DNA of 51,330 bases, counting the filler, from Streblomastix strix (taxonomy: Eukaryota): NCBI GenBank assembly GCA_008636045.1. It is 3 parts of 3 records of this genome, joined end to end, with 100 filler letters (N's around TTAATTAATTAA, not from the genome) between each part and the next. Parts side by side here need not be neighbours in the genome. Positions count along the whole stretch, not along the records: positions 34,291 to 51,330 come from SNRW01000735.1; 2 more parts are not named here. One strand, 5' to 3'. Below are positions 39,535 through 51,330 of the stretch, in pieces. A program made the translations under genes and the position numbers. The notes under the pieces were generated by a model that worked only from the letters and a program-made list of their open reading frames with translations, searched no databases and was not told where the DNA came from. Numbering within the stretch: position 1 is the first letter of the stretch; every line of letters starts with the position of its first letter.

Positions 39535-40403
39535 GAAATTTTTTTTGACAGATTGGGAGTCTAGCAGTACTTTTTTATGACAACTTTTTACCCGGTCCAC
39601 ATGATCCTCCTGGGGCAGTCCGTGGCTATGGCATTTTGCTTCAAAACTCATTGATAAAATTATTATAATAAATTATGTGTATTCATTATTTGTTATTATA
39701 TGGGCAATTTTCATCACAACAAATAGTCTATAAATTTTTTTGTATTTAAATTTAAAATAATTTTATTAGTAAAAGTCACAAATTATATATATATGTCAAA
39801 ACTGCCTGGACAAAAAATATTTTTTTGTTTAAAAATTTAAAAATTCAAATATTTTATTTTTTTTTTAAGAGTACGATATTTAACTAAATTTATATATAAT
39901 TAAATATAATTAACATTCACAATTTTAAAAATAGTAAACAAATTTAAATTGCATCATTGATTGTAAAGTCGAAAAAAAATTGATTTTAAAATATCTATTT
40001 TATGTCTAGGCTGTTTTGACATATATATAATTTGTGACTTTTACTACTAAAATTATTTTAAAATAATATATTAAAAAATTAATAGACTATTGGTTGTGAT
40101 GAAAAATGGCCATATATTATTATAAATTGATAGCTTGACTTATTGGAGATATTTTTTTTAAAAAGCTTTTTTAACCTACAAATTATTTATTTTAATTATT
40201 TTATGTAAAGGGTTGATATAGGGAATTTATTTTAATTATTTTATATATGAAATTTATGCTTCAACTTCAAGGGTATTAGTCTTTATAAAAAATCATGAAA
40301 TTCATTTTATAGGATAAAACTTATAAAATTGTTGGAGTGGAGATTTTTTTATAAAACTGAATACTTTTTGAAGTTGGGGCATAAATCCCCTACATTTACT
40401 ACT
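39530..40403 (-). repeat. Polinton terminal (inverted) repeat, interrupted by a MITE
   Basis: Reverse complement matches 28925-29450, e.g. AAAATCTCCACTCCAACA, TTTGTAGGTTAAAAAAGCTTTTTAAAAAA, ATG[C/T]CATAGCCAC[G/A]GAC. Confidence 0.8.
39702..40111. mobile_element. 410-bp MITE with ~120-bp TIRs and an ATAT target-site duplication
   Basis: GGGCAATTTTCATCACAAC...GTTGTGATGAAAAATGGCC; ATAT at 39698-39701 and 40112-40115; empty site at ~29281-29295. Confidence 0.85.
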
Positions 40404-41301
40404 TATATTAGGTTAAGTGATTAAATATGGTAATTTGAAATTAGTACAGTACATTTATAAAAGTTATTGAATGGATTTTAGTAAATTGATTTTATTTGTA
40501 AATATTTCACGAAAATAATTAGATTGGGAAGAAGAAAATATTATATTTAATCTCGAATGGGCAAAATTTCGCTTTTATTTTTTAGATCTGATGTTAATAG
40601 TTTGCTAGGATGCAAATATAATTTAAATGGAAATATTCTCATGTATGTGCAAAATTAGTCATAAAAATAAAATTTTTAAAGTAAGTAATAGTTCGTGAAT
40701 GTTAGCAGGTGTAATTTATATTTTAAAAATTTTTAAAAACAATTCTCATAAATAATTCAGTTCAAAATTAGTTATATATGAATTTATTTATTTGTAAAAT
40801 ATGACATAAAATTAGAAAATTATTTCAAAATAAATTAAAATTAACTTGCACCGTAGCAAGCAACAAAATAAAAAAAATCTGCATTTACAGCGAACGCATA
40901 AAAGGAATGCTTCAATAATGTTCAAATAAAATCAAATGATAAATATAATATAATATTAATTATAAAAAAAAATACTGAGTTATCAACATAGCGCAAAAGT
41001 TGCAAAATAAATAAAAAAATCAAAAATTGTTTTAAACTTTAATCAAAGAATAAAATTATTGAAATGTGTTCAAAATTAGTTAGAAATAAAGTATCAATAA
41101 TAAAATTACATTAAAAATAGGGAAAAAAGTGTAAAAAATTCTGCAGCAGTCTGTTTAGTAATTAGAGCTTATTTTCACGTAACCCCTGAGAATTTTATTA
41201 AAATATTAATAAAAATCAGTTTAAGTTGATAAAAAAATATATATATTTATAAAATGTATAAAAATTAAATTAATTACAGCACTGTAGTAAATCATCACAT
41301 T

Positions 41302-41740
41302 TAGAATGATACAAACTTGGTTGGGTTGGGTCGGGTCAGGTATTTTTTTTTTAAAGCCAAATTTGGATTGTAACAAGAATTACGCAGTTGCAAAGTAGTA
41401 ATTTATAAATTTATTTTGACATAAATTGAGTAAAAATATAAATTTATAAAATTTTAATAAATTTAGATTACAATATAATTGATTGAGTGAAAAAATGACC
41501 GACCCATTGCGACCCGCATTAATTTTTAGAAAAAAATATTATTTTTGATAGAATTCATTTATTTTATTCAAATGTATATAAACATATTATATATGAATAT
41601 TAAAACACATTAAATATATTACTAATCAGGTCTAACTCATTAAAAAAAAATATTTTTTTTTTTTATTTTTTCATTTTGGGTCGTTTTTTCTTGTATGTGT
41701 GGGTCGATAAGGATCTAGGTGGTTGGGTTGGCATCCCCTA
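41302..41740. repeat. Possible degenerate non-autonomous hAT-like element
   Basis: Clustered GGGTCG/CGACCC motifs, right end CATCCCCTA resembling the hAT TIR consensus TAGGGATG; its first ~95 bp recur at 48821-48910. Confidence 0.35.
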
Positions 41741-41940
41741 GTTTCATCTATATATCAGTATGTATTCAACAAACAATGTTGCAACATATGAGATCACTTG
41801 GCATAGTTCAATTTCAAATAAATTTAACAAAATTTTCTAATATTAATGAAGTGCAAATAACAGAATTAATTTATCAAATATCAATGTTTTATACAAGTAG
41901 AGATTATTTTATTACCATACAAGAACTTCAATTCGCATAC

Positions 41941-44649
41941 TCATTATGATATTTTCTTATCAGCTGCATCCTTTGGTGTCTTTGGATCCCACCAATGTGT
42001 TCCCCACTTTATCTCTTCTTTTCCAGTCAAGTCTGGCAATTCGTTTGATATCTTCACACTTTTATCCACGATCTCAACCGATGAACCAGCGTAGAACCTT
42101 GAGACCTTAATTGTATTTAAAAAAAATAATTTAAAAATGATTTAATATTTGATTTCAATCAATAAATTTCTTTATTTCTCAGTTCATACGCAGAATCTGA
42201 ATGTCGAAGGAATATTTGTAATGACAACGTCTTGAACTTTCTTATTCACAGTGATCGTCATAAATGGCGCTGTCTCTTTAATATCAAGCACTTTTTAATG
42301 TTTATCTTTCGCAACATTTTCATCCTAATCTAATACTATTCGTTTTGGTTCCTTCTTTATTGGAAGATAGACATCCAATGTGACAAGGACGTTGTTTTCA
42401 CACTTATCAATCTGTTTAATTGAGTACATATCTTGGATGATATACCCACTGATGATATAATGTGATAATTAAAAAGGATAATTAACATATGAATTAAGAT
42501 TGTATAATAAAGAAGTAATAAATAATATTATTATCAACATCGAGTATTTTAAATTTAATATATTATATAAAAATATACTTGAGTCCATTGTAGCCTATGC
42601 TTTCTATTATCAAAAAATGAATAATAATTTAAAGAAAAAATGATGATTAAAGATAAATGTTACACAAATGAAAATTAGTTATTAATTAAAGAATAAATAA
42701 ATAAATATTTTTTTTGCTCATTAATAATATAAGTTAGAATTTTTGCATACATTCATTTGAACCAGGGAAGAATCCGCTTTATCCAAGGAAAAATTTATTT
42801 TAGGCGTTAGGAAAAGGATCGACGATACCAAAGACTGAAATATTTTATTAAAATTGAATATAACAATAATTAGAAGACAAATGCCAAGAAAATGTTGAAA
42901 ATTCGAATTTTTTATGATAAAATAATTTATGAAATAAATATCTATTTCATTAATTAAATGTTGTCTTACCTCTAAATGCTTCATTCTCTTAACCTCTGAA
43001 AATGACAGTAAAATGTGCATGCTGTGCTTGATCTTTCATCTAAAAATATCAAAATTATTAACAAATATTAGAAAAAAACGAAAAAAATAACGTTTAAAAT
43101 GTAAAAGCATATTATATATTGAAAAATTATATTTAAAAATAGAATTATTTATACGTATACATTTATACTAGGGTTCATTATCACTGTAGTTTTACAGTCA
43201 GCTTGAATAATAAAAATATATGAATAATATAAAAATAATAATTAATATTAATAATAGAATTATTTAAATCTACAAAAAAAATACAATTAAAATATAAGCA
43301 AACCTCCATCACGCATTTTGAACAGAGCCAAATATGGAGGTTGTTCAGTTCCTTCCTAACCTTCCTCAATTCTTATCGGCAAAACTTCTGATTTTGGCTG
43401 AATTCCTTCCTAAGAACCTAATGGTGGCAGGCGATCACAAGGAACGATTTTGTAGACATGCGATGATTCTTGATCAATTTTTATGAGATTTTCAATTGCT
43501 TCATCCAACCAAGCAGGATTTTTCGGATTTGACGGACCTTCATGTTTGATGTATTTTTATATTTTCGGTTCTGCAAGCAGTTCCAGAATTGTTGGGCGCT
43601 TTTTATCATCCTAGTTAAAATATAATTGAGTTAAATTAAATTTGAAAATAATTTATTAATTAAATAAAAACAATAATTCTTTCTCAATCCAAACATACTC
43701 TATTAACCATAGCTAATATCAATTTTTGCAATTCTTCTTTATAATTAGCTGGAATTTAGTTTGCAAATTATTAGTGCAATATATTATCACTCAACTAAAT
43801 ATATCCTTCATGTGTGAATGGTTATGCACCAGTAAGAACTTCAAATATAGAAATGCCAATTCCATATATATCTGATCGTCTTGAATAGCCCCTTCCTTGA
43901 ATACGCTCTGGGCATTCATACATTAGTGTGCCTACATTTGAATATGCAGATTATTAAGCATAGTCGAGCTATTTTGAAGTTCCAAAGTCACCAACCTGAA
44001 ATTTTATAATAAATAATTACTAATAAAAAATATAAATATAATTTTCATACAACAATTGTATTATCTTCCCTCAAGAATATGTTGGTTGGTTTAACGTCCC
44101 GGTGAATTATGCGCTTGCTTTGAATGACTGCAAAGGCTTATACAAGCTGGGAAAGATATTTCCAAGCATCCTATAATAATAGTAATATATTTTATCAAAA
44201 ATTAATTAAAGTTAGAAATATAAACACACTTCTTCTGATATATACAGATTATCCTTAGGACGACTTTTATACAAATTTGTAAGATTTCCATTCTCACATA
44301 ATTCCGAGATAATGTAGAACTCATCATTTTCTTTGAACTTAAAAATAAAATAAGAGAAAATAATTATAAAATTATTAAAAAATAATATAATATAATAAAA
44401 TACTGCTTCCACTGCTTTCAAAACATAAGGGCAATCAGGTATAGTCTAAATGAGCTCAAATTCATGTTTAAATGTTAATTCATTTATGCCCTTTTGATTT
44501 AACTCTTTAAGTGCATAAAGTTTCTCGTCACCTTATTTCTTGGCTTTAAATACTTTACCAAATCCCCCCTCCCCAAGCTTTCCAAGTTTTTCGTACCCAT
44601 GAATGATCACAACTTTCGCCCCTTTACCATCATGCTAAGTTTCTAACAT
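41941..44649 (-). CDS. NEK-like Ser/Thr kinase with a C-terminal SPRY-like domain
   Basis: MLETQHDGKGAKVVIIHGYEKLGKLGEGGFGKVF, YALKEL, ISELCENGNL, IIHRDVKPTNIF, GDFG, GTLMYECPE, RSDIYGIG, DDKKRPTILELL; spliced in frame to FGIVDP, SIGYNGLNGYIIQ, VVITNIPSTFRFCVSRFYAGSSVEIV; TGA at 41941-41943. Confidence 0.85.
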
Positions 44650-45316
44650 TCTTTAGAAGATAAAAGAGAAAAAATAAATTAAAAAGATAAAAAAAGAAAG
44701 AGAATTTGAAAGGTTGACCTTCATTTAAACTCTGTTATTTTTTAAATTTGTAAAAATGATCATTTTAAATTGAAATCTAAACCCTAATTTGAATAAGTAA
44801 AATGGAAAATAGTAAAAACAGTTTATTTAGCCATAATCATTCAGCAAATAATACTTTTTTAACTGTATTAACTAGTCAATAATTTTTACATATTACTTAA
44901 TATGCTATTTGATTTTTGTATAATTGTGCTATAGAGAAAATCAATAATTATTACAATCATGTGTACATTTCACATATTGTTGTAAATATATTTTGATTGT
45001 ATACCCAACATGATTGTAAAACAATTATTGTATATAATAAGATATAAAAAACAAAATTTAAAGCTGTAGAATGTAAATAAGTATCGTTTTATGTATTAAC
45101 TTAATATATATATATTGTTTATGTATTTAAATCACGTTCAACATATTTAACCCAAATTTAAACTTAAAAGTAGTATAATTTTACTTTTTTATCCAATTTA
45201 AAGATTTTTTCATAATAATCTAAAAAATGACATTTTTTTACGACTACTTCATTTTTTAATAATTAAATCAATTTTTAATATATTTAGTTATATTTTACAT
45301 AGAAATATTCAGTGAA

Positions 45317-48000
45317 ATGGCTGAAAATGTATATGAGGAAACTTAAGATGAAGATGATTAATTGAATTTTGGCATGATTCCACAAAAATTGAGCAAAGAT
45401 GAAACAGAGAAATAATTTCAAGTTAGCAATGATGATACTCCACCTGAAAAGCGACGTTTAATTGATGATGGTGAAATTTTAGATGAAGAACTAAGTCCTG
45501 TTATGGTGGACACTGATTTTTGCCTATTTTCATAGTGAATTAGATAGCCCTTGTTGAATATTTCAAACACTAATTAAATCGATTTTTTTCTAGATATTAG
45601 TAATAGTGGAGAGGCAGCGCTTGCAAGATTAAAATATTTTTGGTATTTTCTACATATTTATATTACAAAATTTTAGATAATTTTATTATTGTAATTTGTT
45701 AAATATATATCAATAAATAAATTATTTGAATGAAAATTTAATCATATTTTGTTCGATTGCAGTCAAAAGGTTGATTTTTGAGCAAAAAATTAAAAAATGT
45801 TGAATTTATGTTAATTTGAATAAAAATCGAAACATTTGGATTGGAAAGTTAATAAGACATTGGTGGAATTCAATGCCATTTATCAAATATATTGGAATCA
45901 ATGATAAAAGAAAAGCTATCCATGAAAGAAATTTGTTAGAATGTCTGTGTTTTGATTTAGAATAATGATTATGCTAAGTTTTTTGCAAAATAGTTCGTTA
46001 AAAGAAGATGTTTCATAAAATCTGTTATTTTACAACCCCAAAACTATATTATAATTACTAAATTAAACCAATAATCAAACCAAACTTTATTAGCCAGAGA
46101 AGGTCTCATTTTTTTCTTCAACATCATCTTTATAATTTGTAGAGTTACTATTGCAAACATCATCTATTCCAATAAAAGAATATAAAATTAATGAAAAAAA
46201 AACATTAAAAGTACGTAATTATAAAACAAATAAAAAATTACTCAAATTTAAATATCTTCATGCGTTATTCTTAGATCAGCTGTTCAAATCTAGATTGATA
46301 AAAAAATTTTAATTTACACACATTTCCATTTTGAATTACATTAAAGCAAATATGTCACAATATCAAATATCTTAACGATTTCATTCTTCAAATAAGCAAG
46401 AAAATAGCTATGTTCGTTTCATTAATCACATTTAGATCCTAGCGAGCACAATGTTTGAATTGCAACACAAATTTGATGGCCTGAAAATGCTAGAAAACAA
46501 TCATCTAAAAATAAATATTTCAACTGGAATGAATAGTGAAGATAATGGTTTGATTTGAAGATTATTTATTTTCAAATTCAAAATATTTTCACTTCAAATT
46601 TTAACTACTAAATATTAATGTTTGAGATATCCCTCATAGAATATTTTGATTTATTTTGAACATTCATTTAATTGAAACAGTTTTAAATATTTTCATTCAG
46701 GAATACTCAGAATTGATAATTAAATATGATCCACTTAAGGATGTAATATAACCGATTTAGCAAGTTTAAAAGATAAGTTATTTACTAATATATCATCTAA
46801 AAGTGATATCTATAAATTATCTTTAAATATATCTATTAATGAAGTTCAAATACTAAATTAATTTTTTTTATTTTTATTCTTCAAAATAATTTTTTTTTTA
46901 ATTTTAATACACTTCTTATAGGATCGAGTATTTAGATAAATAAAGTAACTAAAAAAATTAATTTCTACTGTCTTTGAATTGTTTTGATTTTGTCAGATTA
47001 TATCAACTCATTATAATTTATTTTATGTAGCCAAATGTTCACTCAAAAAAATAATATTGAAGTAGGTTTTATTCAATTTAATTTAATTTCTGTTATTTAG
47101 TTAAATGTTTAAAATGAAATTAAATTTCAATCAAACTTAAAATTAAATTATTTTATATTAATTATTATAAATTATATTATGAAACATATATTTATGATTC
47201 AAAAATTTATAAATAATCATATATCACTTTCTTCCCATCAATTTATTGAATTGTTTGATATATATCAAATGTTGATGGATATGAAATTTCGGCAAATTGT
47301 ATCCTACGAACTTGATAAATATTATTTTTATAATAATTACAATTATGTTAGAGATATATCTGGAATTAAAAGATAAATTTACCTAGGTTTGAAATTCTCT
47401 GTTTCAATTACAATCTGTTATTCAATGTAATAAGAGATATACCTATATAATTTGTTCACATTCAGATCTTGAACAGCGTCCTACATATCGAATTAACTCT
47501 TTTAAGTTTCAACCCTTGTTTCTCTGTGAGCAAGTACAATTTTTTTTATTTATTAGAAAATTTATTGTATTTGATTTAATTTATCTTTGATTAATTTTAC
47601 TTCATTATTACATACAACTATATTAGTGTTTAACTAACTCTCATCGATATATATTGCTCGCTACTCACCGTATTTATACTTATTTTCTATTTAATTGTTC
47701 ATTTTTACATTTTTTTATTAATAACTATAATTATTATAGATTTCTTTGCTAAATACATATTTCAGACAATTTGGTTCTCAGAAATCATTTTTTTTCTGAT
47801 TAATTTTTTTTATTTATAAATTATTTATTTAATTTTATCATTTTTGTTCTAACATTTTTGTTGGTATTTATTAATAATCATGGACAATTTACAACTGAAA
47901 CTTTGAAAATTGCTTATTTGGAGCGATTATTTGCTTCTTTAATGTGGAATATTTTACGCCTTTATTATTTGTCCAATTAAATGTCAAAGTTATAAAATTT
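45317..48000 (+). pseudogene. Heavily decayed multi-exon gene of unknown origin
   Basis: Acidic start MAENVYEETQDEDDQLNFGMIPQKL...PPEKRRL..., then TGA stops and broken frames. Confidence 0.3.
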
Positions 48001-49969
48001 GAGTTTTTCATTTTTTTGCAATCTATTACGTATATTTCATATTTTGGTAAAAAATTTCATAGGCATTAAATTGAAAACTATCGAGAAAACTTTTTTTTTT
48101 TAAAATAAATTGAAAATTGAACTTAATAAATTTTTATACACATATATAATAATTGTATTTAACATCATTGATATAAGAAAAATTAATAAAATAAATGAAT
48201 ATAGGGGCATTATAATGAAGATTATGTTATTTTTAGATGACAAAAATTTTTATAAGGTAATAATTTTGCAGCATTAAGGTTATATTTTAAATAAATATAA
48301 TATTTTATGTACATATGGTATTTTATTGCAAAATATAATGCTAAACATAGTTATATAAGTTTGAATGATCTACATTTGAGATGCTAAATGTGAAAATTAA
48401 AGGAACAATCACCTCACATGTATACAACCAAATTTCAAATAAATATAAAACACTTAGCAAAAATATTATTATTTATTTATTTAATTTATTAACTATCGTA
48501 ATTAAAATAGCACCATGCCAATATTCAACAAAATAATAAAAAATTGCTTAACAATTTATCTGAATTTTCAAATTTAATTATTTGCAAATTCATTAAATAA
48601 TACGCCTAATTTGCTATCAATGCAAATAAAATTTAATGATTATATATGATATTTGCATTTTAAGAATCATTTCCTATTTTCAGAGCTATTTTTGTTTGAA
48701 TGATATATTTTGAAAATTAAGTTAAGTATTCTCATCAAAAATTCTTCTATCTAGAAACATTCAGAAAATTAAATTAAATTTGTAGAAGAATAGTGGTAAA
48801 TATTCTTATTTGTATAGATTCAGAATGGGTTCGGTCCGGTCTAATTGGGTCGGATCGCGTAGTTTTTTTTAAGAACAAATTTAGATTGTACTAAGAATAG
48901 CGCGCTTGTAAGATAATAATAAAGTAATTGATTAGAACAAAAATTTGATATTGAAATAATTACGTATAACTATTATAAATATAATCTATTATACAAATAG
49001 CTCCCTGTGAAAAAGATCTTACCCAAGATAACCAGTATTACAGTCTGTTTTGTGTTTTTGTAAATCGTCAAGTTTTTTAATACAGTTTAACTTGGTAGTT
49101 GACTGACGCACAATTTGTTTGATTTTTTATAAATAAGTAATTAAAATAAATAATAAAAAGTGCAAATTTATAAAATTGTTTATTAAAACGTAAGTTCTAT
49201 TCTTATGTCGGCCACAGTATGTGAATTTAAGCTTAAAAAAATTTAAAAAAAAAATTTGTGCGAAAAAAGTTTGTTAAACATAAAAATAAAAGTTGAAATA
49301 TATAGATAAATATAATATTTCCATAAATTCAGAATATATATGAAATTTGTTGGGTATATCGTTGGGTACGCGCAGTTTAACAAATGCACCCGTTGCCTCA
49401 ATCCACGAGACCATGAAAATACGCAATTCTACAAATATAATGTTTTAAATATACAACTAAACAATATAATATGCACTATTACAAACATTTCGAAGCAGTG
49501 TGAGAGGATGGACATTCAATATAAACTTTCGAATGTTCTCAGTTCAGTAAAACTGTGCTTATTTTGAAAATGTTTAAAGAATATTGATGTATATTAATTC
49601 AATTTGCATACATGCACAAATAAGTCAGTGTGTACGCTTTATGTCTTCCAAAAATCGCGTGTCAAAATTACAGAATTTTATCAGGATGTGTTTCTAAGTA
49701 TCTGTGGTGCAATTTTTAGTCAATCATAAGATAATAATGCAAAACAGTAAATAAAAAATAAAAAGTAGTTCATTATAAATTTATTAAAGTATTTGATGGA
49801 TTACAGGGCAAATTGCATTTCAGCCGAAATCCTTTCGTATTAGCAATTTAACTTAGGTTATTATCAAAAAAAGTTCAAATTAACGTGTTTAACCAGTTGT
49901 TAAATGAGAATTGAAGAGTGCAGTTACATACTTATCAAATTGAATATTTTTGAACATAACATATATTCT

Positions 49970-50190
49970 GGAATTTTTTAGTTAATCAGTCATTTGTTCA
50001 AAAATTAAATTAAATACTAAATGTCCATCGTGATGAGACTCACCCAATTATTCATAAAGAATTAAATTTTATTTATAATTCTGTAAATTTATTGATTGGT
50101 TAGCGTGGCAATGGTAAAACATACAATGCCTTCAAAGAGTTAATTAAATTAAGCCAATTGATGAAACATTGTCATACACTGTTCATATAG
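49970..50190 (+). pseudogene. N-terminal fragment of an A32/FtsK-like DNA packaging ATPase (Polinton type)
   Basis: HPIIHKELNFIYNSVNLLIGQRGNGKTYNAFKELIKLSQL; Walker A GQRGNGKT at 50098-50121, with its Gln encoded by TAG. Confidence 0.65.
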
Positions 50191-50719
50191 ATTGGCACGC
50201 TATTTGATGTTTTAAAATGGATCATTTGCTACTAATTAAATTTTGAGTTGATGTTTTGATTCCGTATGAGAGATTTTAAAAAAAAATAATTTGATCAATT
50301 CCTTATAATTTGTTATTATTATTGCGGAAACTACTTCTTTGCCTTTTTATTATTATTTAGTTATATTTCATTATTTACCTATTTTTAATTTTCAGTAAGT
50401 TTTAAAGTGACTACGAATTAACTGTAATTCGTAACTCAAAAACCAGCAATGCTTGATCTACGAATTAAACGTTATCTACTGTAATAACTAAAACTGTAGT
50501 AGTTCATATTTTTATAAATTGTGTTAATAAATAAAAACTATATCATATCATTTTGATAAATTAATTAAATACAGAATATTGAAGACTATATTTAATAGGT
50601 CATAAACAAAAAAAATGAGGTGAAATTGTTACTGATAAGACAGAATTATATATATATAAGTTCACTCAAGCTTAAATAAAATGTCAATAAAACTAAGGAA
50701 TTAACAATAATCTAACACT

Positions 50720-51330
50720 TCAGCAGCAGCATCCGCTTGTTTCACCATCTTAACCAATACCAAGTTTCTTAACAATACGAAGCATCTCCTATCGGCGCAT
50801 TCCTTCAAACCTAATCTTATTAGGAGGTGCAATCCATGTGCTCTGCTCAACTGCAAATAGCTTCTATAGGAAAGAGTTACGATCCTACTCAGATGACGCC
50901 CTGTAAATAGGTGGATTACGAAGCCTTGGTAAGTATGGTGATACAATCCCTGATTTGTATGCAACAGATACTAGATAATAGATCTCATCTACATTATCAC
51001 TATAATTAGCACTGTCATCAATATCAGGTTTCGCATTATCATAAGATCTGTACGTGAGATCTTCATCAAATATTGGAACAGGAGATGGAGAATGTTCAGA
51101 TGATGACGATGAAGGTTATTGTTATGGTGTTGTAGATCTATAAGTAACTAATATATCTGTTTCAGGTTGATCACTAAATCCTCCTTCAACTTATGGTTCA
51201 TCTCCTCCTGATCCTCTTGGTCTTCTTCTCAAGAATACATCTTCTTATCCTTCAATCTCAATCCCCATTCCTGCTCCTGCATCTCCATCATTATCTGCTT
51301 CTTATTCACCTGATACTTCTTTTTCTTTCT
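50720..51330 (-). CDS. 3' end of a Rap/Ran-GAP domain protein
   Basis: YYLVSVAYKSGIVSPYLPRLRNPPIYRASSEQDRNSFLQKLFAVEQSTW...RFEGMRRQEMLRIVKKL follows the RapGAP domain C-terminal pattern; ends ETSGCCC*. Confidence 0.7.

Larger units (their letters stand above)
34291..40403. mobile_element. Terminal 6.1 kb of an endogenous Polinton/Maverick-like virus
   Basis: Tightly packed intronless ORFs (putative MCP, fibre-like gene, four unknown ORFs), then a terminal repeat ending ...CCCCTACATTTACTACT (5'-AGTAGT on the minus strand). Confidence 0.8.

Noticed and set aside
28925..40403. One intact 11.5-kb element bounded by inverted repeats and carrying SRP19 and a kinase
   Set aside because: The two termini lie on different contigs joined by an artificial linker. 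Contig lengths of 17046, 17044 and 17040 bp indicate size-sorted concatenation, so the arrangement is coincidental.
49340..49920. Moderately GC-rich open frames upstream of the ATPase fragment
   Set aside because: No consistent frame or motif could be assigned.
1..51330. CRISPR array, rRNA or prokaryotic operon
   Set aside because: No regularly spaced repeat-spacer units or rRNA-like sequence seen; the genes are spliceosomal-intron eukaryotic genes.

Overview
AT-rich eukaryotic DNA in which TAA/TAG encode Gln and TGA is the only stop, so the supplied standard-code ORF track is mostly artefact. Short AT-rich GT-AG introns and expanded NEK-like kinase and SPRY-like families suggest an oxymonad such as Streblomastix (inference). 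The window is three unrelated contigs (1-17046, 17147-34190, 34291-51330) joined by artificial N-TTAATTAATTAA-N linkers. Host genes include a ~4,200-aa pseudokinase-led protein, SRP19, two NEK-like kinases (one fused to a SPRY-like domain), SPRY-like genes, a multi-TM protein, the 3' end of a RapGAP and an intron-containing tRNA-Ser(UGA). The main signal is a scattered, decaying Polinton/Maverick-type endogenous DNA virus family written in the host's Gln code. Its pieces are two diverged copies of a ~650-aa putative major capsid gene, a shared terminal repeat ending in AGTAGT, an rve integrase with an apparent D-D-D triad, a tail-fibre-like gene and an A32-like packaging ATPase fragment. A 410-bp MITE sits inside one viral terminus, with the empty site visible in the other copy. 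All translations were done by hand; no database searches were run.
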